Source: Cyanophora paradoxa CCMP329
Lineage: Eukaryota; Plantae; Glaucophyta
Length of the DNA stretch: 64,000 bases
Direction: 5' to 3'
Assembly (NCBI GenBank): GCA_004431415.1
Contig: QPMI01000193.1
Span: 1 to 64,000 of the forward strand
The stretch's first letter is position 1. Every line of letters starts with the position of its first letter. Position numbers and translations under genes: made by a program. Shown here piece by piece: positions 48,201 to 60,029 of the stretch. The notes below the pieces were generated by a model. That model had not been told where the DNA came from. It did not search any database and was given only the letters and a program-made list of their open reading frames with translations.

Positions 48201-51200
48201 AGGAGAGCAACAAGGCCGCCGTCACCGCCGAGGAGTGCAAGGCGCGCCCGCCCCTCGCGGGCCTCGCCCGCGGCCGCCGAGCCTCCCCGCCTCGAGCTGA
48301 AGCGCCCGTGGCGGGGGCAGGTGATCGCGGAGGAGGTGCGGCTGAAGCGGGAGGAGTGCGAGGTGGAGCTGCAGCGCGCCGAGCCGGCCGTGGCCGCCGC
48401 CGAGGCCGCCCTCAACACCCTCCAGAAGAAGGACCTCGTCGAGCTCAAGGCACCGCCCCTCCCCACCCGATTCTCGCTCTTCCTCTAATAAACTCCCCCG
48501 CAGTCGCTGAAGACGCCGCCGGCCGGCATCGACGACATCCTCGCCGCCGTGATGGTCATGCAGTCTCCCGCCACGGGCGTCATCAAGGGCGCGCCCGCCG
48601 CCCGCCCCCGCCGCCGCGGGGCCCCGGGCTGATTAAGAGGGGGCGGTGCGCAGACCGGTCGTGGCAGGCGGCGCAGAAGACGATGCTCTCCGTCGAGCGC
48701 TTCATGTCCGACCTCAAGGAGTTCAAGACCCTCATCGACAAGGAGCAAGTGGTCCGCGCGGACAACTAACTCTTCTCCGCGCGTTTCGTTCCATGGCTGA
48801 AGCGCGAGCGCGTCCCAGCCGGCGGCGAACTTCAAGGCGGTGCGGCAGTACACGGCGAACCCGCAGTTCAAGGGCGAGAACGTCAAGACCAAGTCCAAGG
48901 CCGCCGCCGGCCTCTGCGACTGGGTCCGCTCCAGCCCACGCAATGTTTGCAGCATCACGAGCCGGCGGGGCGCGCAGGTGAACAACATCGTGATCTACTA
49001 CGACATCATCTGCGACGTGGAGCCGAAGCGGCGCGCCCTCGCCGCCTCCATCGTCGCCCTCGAGGAGGCCGAGAAGAAGAAGGAGGAGGCCGAGCACCGC
49101 GTCGTCGAGCTCAACGACAAGCTCTCCGAGCTCATCCGCGAGTTCGACGCCGCCGAGGCCGCCAAGGCCCGCCCCGCCCCCGCCCCTCTCCCCCCTCCCC
49201 GCCCCGCCCCGCCCTGACGGCGTCGCGGCCGCGTGGCAGGACGCGGTGATCGCGGAGGCGGAGCGGTGCCAGCGGAAGCTCAAGCTGGCGCAGCGCCTCG
49301 TCGCCGCCCTCGCCTCGGAGAACACGCGCTGGGCCCAGGGCGTCGAGGAGCTCAAGGTCCCGCCCGGCTCCCTCCTCTGCCCCGCCCCGCCCTCGGCGCT
49401 CACCGCTCACCTCGCGGCGCGCAGGGGAAGCTCTCGGTGCTGGTGGGGGACGTGCTCCTCTCCTCGGCCTTCGTCTCCTACATCGGGGCCTTCAACAACC
49501 ACTTCCGCCAGCAGCTCGTGGACGAGCGGTGGAAACCCTACCTCGTGCAGCACAAGATCCCCACCTCGCCCGTCATGGACCCCCTCGCCATCCTCACGTC
49601 CGCCCCGCCCCGCCCGCCCGTGCCCCCCGTCCCGCGCGTTCGTTCGACGCGCCGCGCAGCACGGACGCGGAGATCGCGCGGTGGATGAACGACGGCCTCC
49701 CCTCCGACCGCGTCTCCATCGAGAACGGTGCGCCGCCTCCGCCCCCGCCTCCGCTGCGCGCGCCGCCGCGCCGGCCCCGCTGACCTGGGCGGGCGCGTGG
49801 CGCAGGGACGATCCTGACGAGCTGCGCGCGGTGGCCGCTCATGATCGACCCGCAGCTGCAGGGGATCGCGTGGGTGAAGGCCAAGGAGGCCAAGAACCAG
49901 CTCCAGGTGCCCTAGAGAAACGAGGGGAGGCGGGGGCTCGAGGCGCGAGATCGTTGGCGAGCCGGGCGGGGGCGGCAGGTGGTGCGGCTGGGGCAGAAGC
50001 GGATGCTGCTGACGCTGGAGCGGGCGCTGGAGGACGGGCTCCCCGTCCTCATCGAGAACATCGGGGAGACGATCGACGCCGTCCTCGCGCCCGTCCTGGG
50101 GCGCAACACCATCAAGAAGGGCCGCAACCTCTTCGTGCGCCTCGGGGACAAGGAGGTCGGGTACCACCCCAACTTCCGCCTCATCCTCCACACGAAGCTG
50201 GCGAACCCGCACTACGCCCCCGAGATCCAGGCGGAGACGACGCTCATCAACTTCACGGTGACGGAGGACGGGCTGGAGGACCAGCTGCTCGCCCGCGTCG
50301 TCAAGAAGGAGCGGTGCGCCGCCGCCTCGCCCCTGCCGCCTCTCGCGCCTCGAGCCCGCGCGGCTGACGCGGGGGCGGGGGCGGGGGGCAGGCCGGACCT
50401 GGAGGAGCAGAAGTCGGAGCTGATGCAGCAGCAGAACGACTTCAAGATCAAGCTGAAGGAGCTGGAGGACAACCTGCTGAACAAGCTCAACAACGCGCAG
50501 GGCGACATCCTCGAGGACGTCGCCCTCATCGAGAACCTCGAGGAGACCAAGGTCGCCCCCGCATGCAGGGCCCCCGCGCGCGCGGGGCCCCTCTGAGCCG
50601 CGCGCTCTCGCCCCAGGTGGTGGCGACGGAGATCGGGGAGAAGGTGAAGGTGGCGATCGCGACGGAGGCGGAGATCAACGGGGCGCGCGAGTCCTACCGC
50701 CCCGTCGCCTCCCGCGCCTCCCTCCTCTTCTTCCTCATGAACGAGCTCCACAAGGCCCGCCCCCCCGACCCCGGACCCCCGCCCGCCAGGACCTCTCCCG
50801 CGTCCCGCCCCGCCGGCGCTCACGCGGCCGGGGTGCAGATCCACACGTTCTACCACTACTCGCTGGGGGCCTTCGTGTCGGTCTTCGAGCGGGCGATCGA
50901 CGGGGCGGAGCAGGCGGCGGACCTCCCCGGGCGCCTCGCCTCGGTCACGGAGGCGGTGACCTTCGCGGTCTTCGGCTACGTGCGGCGGGGGCTCTTCGAG
51001 CGGCACAAGCTCATCGTCGCCACCCAGCTCTGCCTGCGCGTCCAGCTCAAGGCCGGCCTCCTCGACCCCGTCGAGGCGGACTTCCTCGTCCACGGGCGCC
51101 GCCACCCGAGCCCCCCGCACCTCTCCGACAAGCTCGCCGAGTTCGTCACCGAGCAGGTCCGCCCCCGCCGGCGCGCGTCGCCTCTGTTCATGTCTTTCGA

Positions 51201-54200
51201 GGCACCCGAACTCTCTCGCCGCAGGCGTGGTCGGCGGTGTGCGCGCTGAGGGACCTCGCCGTCAGCGCCCCCGCCGCCCCCGCCGCCCCTGCGGGGGGCA
51301 GCGGGACGCCGACCCCGCCGGCCTCGGGCCCCGTCCCCGCCCTCCAGGTCCCCCCTCCGGGCGCCCCCGGCGCGCCCCTCTCCCCCAACCCCTCCGCCGC
51401 CGCCCTCCCGCCCACCGCCGCCGCCGCCGCCGCCGCGGCCCCGAAGGACGCCGCGCCGACGACGATCACGCCGTTCGCGAAGCTGGCGGACGACATGGAG
51501 GGGCCCGCCCGCGTCCACTGGAAGCGCTGGTCGGCCCTCCCCACCCCGCCCCGCCCTTGCCGCAGCCGGCCGCCTTTGACCTCACGCCCTCCCGCGCGGC
51601 AGGTGCGCGGACCCGCAGGCGGAGAAGGTGGACCCGCCGAGCGACTTCGCGCACCTGCCGCCCTTCCGCCGCCTCCTCCTCATCCGCGCCCTCCGCCCCG
51701 ACCGCGTCTCCGCCGTACGCCGCCTCGCCCCCTCCCTCTCCCCCCCCCCCCCCCCCCCCCCCCCCTCACACCCCTCTCTCGCGGGCAGGCGATCTCGAAC
51801 TACGTGCGGGGGGCGCTGGGGGACCGCTACGTGGACTCGGAGCCCTTCGACGCGGCGGCCCTCATGCCCGAGACCGCCCCCTCCGTCCCCGTCTTCTTCA
51901 CCGTCCGCTCCCCCCGCCCCGCCCCCGCCGCCCCTCCCGCACCCCTCACGCCGGGCGGGTGGGCCGGCAGCTCTTCCCCGGGGCGGACCCCGTGCGGGAC
52001 ATCGAGCTCCTCGCGCGCGCCCAGGGCCTCACCGACGCCAACGGTCCTCCCCTCGCCCCGCCCCGCCCCCCGCCTGCCCCCCTCCCTCACCTCACCCTCG
52101 CCGGGGCCGCAGGGAAGTTCCGGAACGTGTCGATGGGCCAGGGGCAGGAGGCCGTCGCCGAGGCCGCCCTCGACGAGCTCGCGAGGCAGGGCGGCTGGTG
52201 CCCCGCCCCTCCCGCGAGATCGACGGCGCTGGGCCGGAGCGTGACCGGCCGCCCCACCCGCGCGCGCGCAGGGTCTTCCTCCAGAACATCCACCTCATGC
52301 AGCGCTGGCTCCCCGCCCTCGAGCGCAAGCTCGAGGCCTGGTCCGCCCCGCCCCGCCCCGCCCCGCCGCGGCCGGCCCGGCGCCCGATGCCGACGCGCGC
52401 CGGGTCGCCGGCAGCGCGGAGGGGGCGCACGCGGACTTCCGCTGCTTCCTCTCCGCGGAGCCGCTGCCGGATCCCAAGATGGTCAACATCCCCGCCGCCA
52501 TCCTCCAGGTGCCGCCCCGAGCCCCCGCCGCGCGCCCCGTCTCCGGCTGACGGCCCGGGGCCCCCCACTCGTGCTGCGGCAGGGCGCCGTCAAGGTGACG
52601 AACGAGCCGCCCCAGGACCTCAAGGCCCGCCCCCCCGCCCGCCCCTCCCCGGCCTCGGGCTGAGGGGCGGGGCGGGGGCGCAGGCGAACCTGCGGCGGGC
52701 GCTGGCGCTGTTCACGCCGGCGACGATGGAGCGGTGCTCGCGGCCGCAGCTCTACCGCCCCTGCTTCTTCGCCCTCTGCTTCTTCCACGCCCTCGTCCTC
52801 GGCCGCCGCCGCTTCGGCTTCCAGGGCTGGTCCCGCTCCTACAGGCGCCCCGCCCCGCCCCCGGGGGCGCCCCGCGCCCCGAGCCCCGCGCGGCCCGGCG
52901 CCCGCCTCACTCGGATCCTCCCTCGCAGCTTCAACGCGGGGGACCTCTCGATCTGCGCCGACGTGCTCTACAACTACCTCGAGGCCGGCGCCGACGTCCC
53001 CTGGGAGGACCTCAGGCGCCGCCCCCGCCCCCGCCCCCGCCCGCCCCGCGCCCCGCCCGGCTGAGGCTGGGCGGGCAGGTACATGTTCGGGGACATCATG
53101 TACGGGGGCCACATCACGGACAAGTGGGACCGCCGCACCTGCTCCACCTACCTCAAGGCCCGCCCCGTCCCCCCGCGCGCCCCGCCCCGCCAACGCCGTG
53201 CGGCGCGCAGGTGCTGCTGCGGCCGGAGCTCTTTTCGGGCATGGCCCTCGCCCCGGGCTTCCCCTCCCCGCCCCCGAGTCCGCCCCGCTTTGTTGTCGCT
53301 GCGGGCGCGGGCGGGGCCGAGCGGGGCGGGCGGGGCGCAGGCACGCTGGAGGAGTACCGGGGCCTGGTGGAGAAGGCGCTGCCGCCGGAGGCGCCGGCCC
53401 TCTTCGGCCTCCACGCCAACGCCGAGACCGAGTTCCTCGCCGCCCAGGCCCGCCCCGCCCCGCGCCGCCCGCCCGCCCGCCGTCGGTCTGAGTCTGACGG
53501 GGGCGGGGCGGGGCAGGGGGCGAGCCTGTTCGGGGCGATCCTGGAGCTGCAGGGGGCGGCCGGGGGCGCGGCGGGGGCGTCGAAGGAGGAGGCCCTGGGG
53601 CGGGCCGTCGAGGGCCTCCTCGCCCGCCTCCCCGAGGCCCTCGAGCCCGCCCAGGTGGGGGCCCCGCCCCCGACCCCCGCCCCTCCCCCCCTGAGCGCCC
53701 TCGCGCAGCTGCCGCCGGCGGACGCCCGCGGGCCCTACGAGTGCGTCCTCGTCCAGGTGCGAGCCGCCCGCCGCCCGCCGGCCCGCCCCCCGCCGCCCGC
53801 CCCCCCGCGGGGCGGCGAGCCGGGGCGCGCAGGAGGTGGAGCGGGCGACGGTGCTGGTGGAGGAGATGCGGCGCTCCCTCGTAGAGCTCCGCCTCGGCCT
53901 CGCCGGCGCCCTCAACATCTCCGACGCCATGGAGGCGCCCCCGCCCGCCCCGCCCCCCTCGCTACCGCGGTGGCCGCCTGACGCGGGCCGTGCCGCCCGC
54001 CCGCCCCCGCAGGCGCTCTCGGGGTCCCTCTTCCTCGACCGCGTGCCGGCGCAGTGGGAGAAGTACGCGTACCCCTCGCTGAAGCCGCTGGGCGCCTGGT
54101 TCGCGGACCTGCTGCGCCGCGTCGACCAGCTCCGCAAGTGGGGCGACCGCGGCGGCAAGCCCCCGGGGAGGCAAGCGCTCTCTTGTTCCCTCCTTCGCGT

Positions 54201-54951
54201 GTACCCCCGCCCTGCGGCCGCGTGACGGGCGGGGGCAGCGTGTGGCTCCCCGGGCTCTTCAACCCGATGAGCTACCTGACGGCGGTCGTGCAAGTCACAG
54301 CGCGCCTCTCCAAGCAGCCCCTCGACCGCATGGCCATCGCCACCGAGGTCCCCGCCCCCGCCGCCCCTCCCGAGCACGCGGGTCGCCCGGGCCCGAGCGG
54401 GGGGCGGCAGGTGACGAAGCTGGCGCCGGAGCGGGCGACGGAGCAGCCGCCGGACGGCGAGGGCGCCCACGTGCACGGCTTCTTCCTCGAGGGCGCCGCC
54501 GTCCGCCCCGCCCCGCCCCGCCCCGCCCCGCCCCGCCCTTTCCCTTGGTCGAGCTCGGGCCGCGCAGCTGGACCCGGACGAGCTGACGCTGCGGGACCCG
54601 ACGCCCAAGGAGCTGCACCCCGCCCTCCCCGTCGTCCACGTCCGCGCCGTCCCCGCCGAGCAGTGGCCCCCCGCCAAGGGTCCGCCCCCGCCTGCCAGCC
54701 AGCCAGCCAGGCGGCCCCGCTGCGGCGCCCCGCGCTGAGAGCGCGCCGCGCAGGCTCGTACGAGTGCCCGGTGTTCCTGAACGCAATGCGCGGCTTCACG
54801 TACGTCTTCACGGCGGCCCTCAAGTCCAACGACCCCGAGCACAAGGTCCGCTTAGGATCTTCTGATGGCGATTACGATTACTGCGCGCCTCACGGGCCAG
54901 CGCGCGCAGTGGATCCTGGCCGGCGTGGCGCTGCTGATGGCGGACGACTAG
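36238..54951 (+). CDS. ODA11: Axonemal outer-arm dynein heavy chain, Kelch-containing alpha type (Chlamydomonas ODA11-like), ~84 exons
   Basis: ATG|GT at 36238-36242; Kelch repeats ([29 protein letters not shown]); IPT ([18 protein letters not shown]); filamin (DNGDGTY...IRGAPF); second Kelch cluster 38965-40070; linker (AFPRFYF); P-loops [32 protein letters not shown]; stalk and microtubule-binding domain ([10 protein letters not shown]); AAA5 [12 protein letters not shown]; C-terminus [13 protein letters not shown] at 54951. Apparent deletion/frameshift at ~46689. Confidence 0.93.
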
Positions 54952-55246
54952 GGCGATTAGAGGCTCTGTACGGCCCTGTACATTCAATTTGATCTCGCGC
55001 CTCGAGAAGCTCAAGGGGCTCGAGGGGATCGATGTACCGGAGAAGGGCCCGGAGAGGAGAGGGACGTTGGCCTGGGGAGGGATGTACATATAGAGGGGGG
55101 AATGAGATCAAGATAGGTGGTCCGTAATGCAACGAGAGAGCTCGAGGGGGCTTCTCGAAGCTTCTCGAGCTCGAAGTCCCCCTGCAAAAGTCCCCTCGAA
55201 CTCCACCGCGCGCTGGTTGGGGCTGGTCTGAGCAGCCGCTATAGCG

Positions 55247-55916
55247 ATGCACGGTCAAGGCGGCAAGGCGTTCTGCTGCACAGCGAGTGGCTGCTGCGGC
55301 CGCAGCTTCGGCTCACACGCCTCGCTCAACCAGCACATTGCCGCAAAGCACAACGGCGGCGGAGGGAGGCCCGAGGCTCGCGGAGGAGCGGGTCCGCATT
55401 TCTCGCGATGGCGCGGATGCGCTGGAAATCCGGGGACGCGCGCCGGCAAATTGAAGGGGTTCCCGCCAATCCTCGGCCGCGTTTCGGTGCCCAGAAAATT
55501 GATTCTGATTATTCACGACAGCTCTTACCGCGTCTGCATGCGCAGAACGAAGGGCCAAAGCGCGGGTGGTGGCCGGCCGAAAATCCTCCGGTCTCAAGCT
55601 CGTCTCTCCCTCCGCGGGCAGCTGCAGGCGCGCGCGAGGGCTCCGAGGGCTCGGTTAATTTCCTCTTCACGTTTCTGATAATTTGTTTTCAGCACCCACG
55701 AGCGCGGTCGGCTCTCTGAAGCGGAAGCTCGCCGATCGCGATCTCGGGGACGATAACGAGCTCAAGGGCGCCGGCCCAGCGAAGAAGCCCATGGGCAGCA
55801 GCGCTGGCGCCCCGTTTGCGCATGCATACACGGCCGCAGCCGTCGGGGCTGGCGGGGCGAGCTCCAGAAATGAGTCCGAATCCTCGGTCCTTTCCGATCT
55901 CGGCTTCATGCTTTAG
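55247..55916 (+). CDS. Small C2H2 zinc-finger protein (spliced; internal exon structure uncertain)
   Basis: MHGQGGKAFCCTASGCCGRSFGSHASLNQHIAAKH fits C2H2 spacing; last exon after tgttttcag (55692) contains basic NLS-like LKRKL...PAKKP and ends GFML* at 55916. Confidence 0.5.
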
Positions 55917-56265
55917 CCTCACTGAGCTCGTCTCTCTCCGATCATCGGATCTGATCGGCCAGCTTTGAGAGCTTCCACGGCCAGCCTCGCATTCCATTCC
56001 ACTCAGTCGCCCGGGGCCGCCCCCCGCCCAACCCGCTCGGACCTCGCCCCCGTCACTATTAACGTTACATTGATGTCCCTTCCATGCTCGAGCGCTGATC
56101 ATGAGCCCCCTCCTCGCCCCCGCCCCGTGTCGAATTCGAAGGGGCGGTCGCTGCAGCCCCGCAGCGCCCTCCGTGTCAGACAGGTCTCGTTTCAATCGAT
56201 CATGATCGACAGGCATTTCGATCTCGAGCCGGCGCCGGCTCAGGTCGATTCGAACCCGCGCCTTC

Positions 56266-58088
56266 CTACGAGGTCGCCTCGACGTCCATGGGGTCCCCCG
56301 CGGGGGGTACCGGGCTGTCGGCGGCGACGGGTACGGGGCTGTCGGAGGAGGCGGCGCGGCCGACGGAGGGGGACCCCGGGGACGGGGCGCGGGGGGGCAG
56401 GCCGAGGTCCGAGGGGGAGGCGGAGGGGGAGGGGGAGCGGCCGCGGCGGGGGGAGGCGCCCACGGGCGGCGTGCGCTTGCCCCCGGTCCCCGAGCGCGGG
56501 GAGGGCATGAGGGGGGGGAGGCCCGCCGCCGCCTGCAGGAAGGAGGGCGTCAGGCGGGCGCGGGGCCGGGGCCGGGGGCGGGGCGGACGGAGTGGGGCAG
56601 GGCGTGGTGCGAGGGGGTGAGCACGGAGGTGATCTCCAGGCCGCTCGGGGGCTCGAGCAGGTCCCCGGGGCCCCCGTCCTCGCCCTCCTCCTGCACGGGC
56701 CCCTGCCCCGGCCCTCAGCTCGAGAGCGCGGGCGGGGGGCCGGGCCGGCGCACGTCGGGGTCCTCGCGGGCGAGGTTCTGCAGCGCGCTCTCCTCCGCCC
56801 CCTCCTCCTCGGCCGCCTCCGCCGGCGCCTCCTCCGCCGGCGCATCCTCGCCGGCCCCGTCCGGCCCCTCGCCCTCCTTCTCGCCCTCCTCCTCCATCGC
56901 CTCCCCCACCTCCTGCGGCTCCTCCGCCCCCGCCTCCGCCTCGGCCTCGGCCTCGGCCTCCGCCTCCGCCCCGGCCTCCTCCGCGTCCGCTTCGGCCTCG
57001 CCCTCGCCCTCACCGTCGGCCTCGGCCTCGGCGTCGGCGTCGGCGTCGGGCTCGCCGGCCCCGGCCTCCGAGGTCGCGTTCGTCGGCGAGGCGGCCGGCG
57101 GGCGCCCCTCCCCCTCCCCCTCGCCCTCCCCCTCGCCCTCGCCCTCGCCGGCGGCCTCCTCCGCGCCCTCCTCCTTGTCGCCCTCCTTCTCGGGGCCCGA
57201 GGGCGAGGCGGCGGCGGCCGCGCCCTCCTTCGCCTCTTCCTCCTCGCCCTCCTCGCCCTCCTCGCCCTCCGCCTCCTCCTCGCCCGCCTCCGCCGCCTCG
57301 CCGCCCTCCGCGGCCGCCTTGCCCGCCTCCGCCCCCTCCGCCCCTTCCGCCCCCTCCGCCCGCTTCATCTTCGGCTTCTTGCCCTGCGCCGCCGGCGCCC
57401 CTTCGTTTCGAGGAGCGCGCGCGCGAGCGTTCCGCGCCCCGCCGCACCTTCCGCTTGCCCGTCGGCGGCGGCCGGTTCGGCGGGGTGGGGACGGCCGGCG
57501 CGGCCGCAGCGGCGTCGGAACCGTCCGCGGCGCCCTCGCCGCCCTCTGCCCGCGCGCGCTTGCGCTTCTGCTCCTCTGTTTCCTCACCGTTCTGGCGGAG
57601 CGTCGGCGCAGGCAGGCGCAAGCACGGGGGCGAGCGCCCGGCGCGGGAAAGCACCTCGCCTGTCTTCTGCTCCGAGAATGGCACGCCCGTGAGCTTGAAT
57701 GGGTGCTCTGGCGGGAAGACTGCGGGAGGCGGGACAGGCCGGTCCACTGCGCGGGCGGCGGGGCGGCAGTCAGCACTCGGAAGCTGCTGATTTCAAAGAG
57801 GCATAGCAGCGCACTCGGCACCCATCGCCAGACCGTCATGTGCCTGCGAGCGAGGACGAACGCGTCAGCAGTGGAAGCTCGCAGACGGAGGCCGAGCGAC
57901 CCAGGCGAAAGACGGGGACTCCGCGGGCTCACCCAATGTTCACCTGCTCGCGAGGAGCGCGAGAGTAAATGAGTTCGAAGTTCAAAATGGCGGATCTGCC
58001 GCGAAACAGAACGAACCGGCTTGCGCTCCCATCTCCGCGGCCGCCCGATCTGCGCCGCCAGCGCACGCTCGGACTTAGGGCGCTGCAT
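56266..58088 (-). CDS. BCL7-like (BCL_N domain) putative SWI/SNF subunit with a long acidic Glu/Ala/Gly-rich tail
   Basis: Exon 58088-58017, 11-nt microexon 57943-57933 and the exon from 57843 give IGRPRRWERKP|VNIG|HMTVWRWVP, resembling the BCL7 motif VRKWEKKWVTVG...IFKWVP. Basic NLS-like KRKRAR and GKRKGKKPKMKR; EGEGE repeats; ends PMDVEATS* at 56266. Confidence 0.62.
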
Positions 58089-58207
58089 TGGCTGAGTGTG
58101 CTGTACCCCCAAGGTCGAGGCGCTGCTCAGGCGTAGCTCAGGCGCTCTTCTTGCATGTTAGGGCGGCACTCCGTATGTGCACAGGAGCTCGCAGCTAGCC
58201 CAACGCG
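58089..58207. promoter_or_regulatory. Putative bidirectional promoter between the BCL7-like and desaturase genes
   Basis: 119 nt between divergent ATGs (58088 on -, 58208 on +). Confidence 0.4.
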
Positions 58208-59689
58208 ATGATCCACATAGAGAGCGTCGCGGCGTTTCTCGCGCTCTTCTGCGGTTACAACGTGTTCAGCACGTTCCTGCAGGTGCGCCGCGCGTATATA
58301 AGTTTCGCTAGCGGCCGCCAGCCGCTTGCCCGAAGCTACGCGCTCGGCACGCGTGGACCTTGACGCCATCGCGCCGCCCCGTCCCGCCCTGCGCTCACCG
58401 CCCACGCGTGCCGCAGTACTTCTACTACTGGCGTCAGGCAGCGTCCGCGTCGCAGGAGCATGGCTGGAAGTGCCAGCCCACGAAGCTTGCGACCGTCGGG
58501 GACACGCGCTGGTGGATCCCGTGCCTTGGCCTGAAGGAGAAGAGCAGGCATCCGAAGTGCGCGGCGCGTCGTGATGCGGACCCGCACGCGCGAGCGCCCG
58601 GGGCGCCGGCGGCCGCGCCGCTTCTGAGGCATGCGCACCGCGGCAGGCACCGGCTCTTCGCGACAGTGAACATCCTGCAGTCCTCGCTCTTCGCCGGCGC
58701 GGTCGCCGAGTGCGCCATGCGAGGTGCCCCCGCGCCCCTCGGCCCCCCTCCCCGCCCGCCTTCCCCGAGCGCCCGGCCGCAGGCTGGACGCGCATGGTTT
58801 TTGACGCGTCGGCGTACCCCTGGTGGGCGAGCCTCGGGACAGTCTGCCTCGCGCACGTCTGGCAGAACGTGATCGAGTACTACTGGCACCGCATCATGCA
58901 CTGGCCCGAGGTCTACAAGCGGTGCGGCCCCGTACCCCTCCCGGCCCCGCGCGCCCCACCCGTACCCTCCTCACGGCGAGGTAGGCTTCACAAGTACCAC
59001 CACTACTACAAGAGCCCAGAGCCGTTCGACGACCTCTTCATCCATCCACTCGAGGCCCGCCCATGCCCGCTCGGCCGGCCGCGTACCCCCCCTCCGACTG
59101 ATCCCCCCTCCCCTTTCGGCGCAGGCCTTCGGCTACCTCTGCATCCTCTGGTCCCCACCCTTTGTCTTCCCCCTCTCCATCGTCGGCTTCCTTTCCTACA
59201 TGGTCGTCAATGGTACCCCTCCCCACCCCTTCCCCACTCCCGAGGAACCGGTTCAGAACCGTACCCGTCAGGCATCTGCGGAGTGACGGACCACAGCGGC
59301 ATTCGTCTCAGTGTCCCGGGCATCTACAACACCGAGGATCACGGTACCCCACCCAAGCCCTCTAAATCACGCCCCCTCCCTCCCTCCCCCCTCCCCCCCC
59401 ACCCCCCCGTAACTCCCCCTCCTGCTTTCGCGGCAGATTTGCACCACAGCCGCGTCTCCGTCAATTTCGGGTACGTCGTTCTGCAGCTGATCCCACCCCC
59501 TTCCCGCCCGGCCCCGCCCTCGTGTCTCGAACGACGTACCCCCCGGGCAGGTTCCCCCTCCCGGCGCTGGACGTCCTGCACGGCACGTACACGGGCTCGT
59601 GGCTGGGGCGGACGTACTCGTGCCGGCCCCTGCACCAGCCCGGCGAGCCGGCCCCCGCGGGCGCGGCGTCGGAGAGGAAGGGCAAGTGA
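58208..59689 (+). CDS. Fatty-acid hydroxylase superfamily protein (sterol desaturase, ERG3/ERG25-like), ~9 exons
   Basis: His boxes YYWHRIMH, LHKYHH, DHSG and HDLHH...NFG...LDVLHGT; FDDLFIHPLE; hydrophobic segments; ends ERKGK* (TGA 59687-59689; KxK resembles an ER-retrieval signal). Confidence 0.9.
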
Positions 59690-60029
59690 GCGGAGCGTCC
59701 CGGGGGGCGGGGTCCCCCCCCCCCCCCTCGCCCCCCCAGAACTTCCCGCGCTAGCGCTATCCAGCACTTCTCCTCCCCTGCCACGTGTGCTTCTGCCCGG
59801 CCCCCTCGCCCGCCCCCCAGATGCAAGTCTTCCCGCCTAATTGTCCTCTTGTCATGTTTCAGATTCACACCCACTTGCGCATGCGTCGTCTAGACGTCTA
59901 AATCTCGCCGACGCCGCCGAATCAGCCTGGCAGGCGCCGGGCGCCGCCGGCCGCAGGCCCGCAGCTGGCAGTCGAAACTTTTTGAGTTGCCCGTGCCACG
60001 GTGCCAGTGCCGTGCCACCCCGTGGGCCT

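Noticed and set aside
36241-54909. Introner-type repeated introns
   Set aside because: Introns share composition and terminal motifs but show no extended mutual sequence identity.
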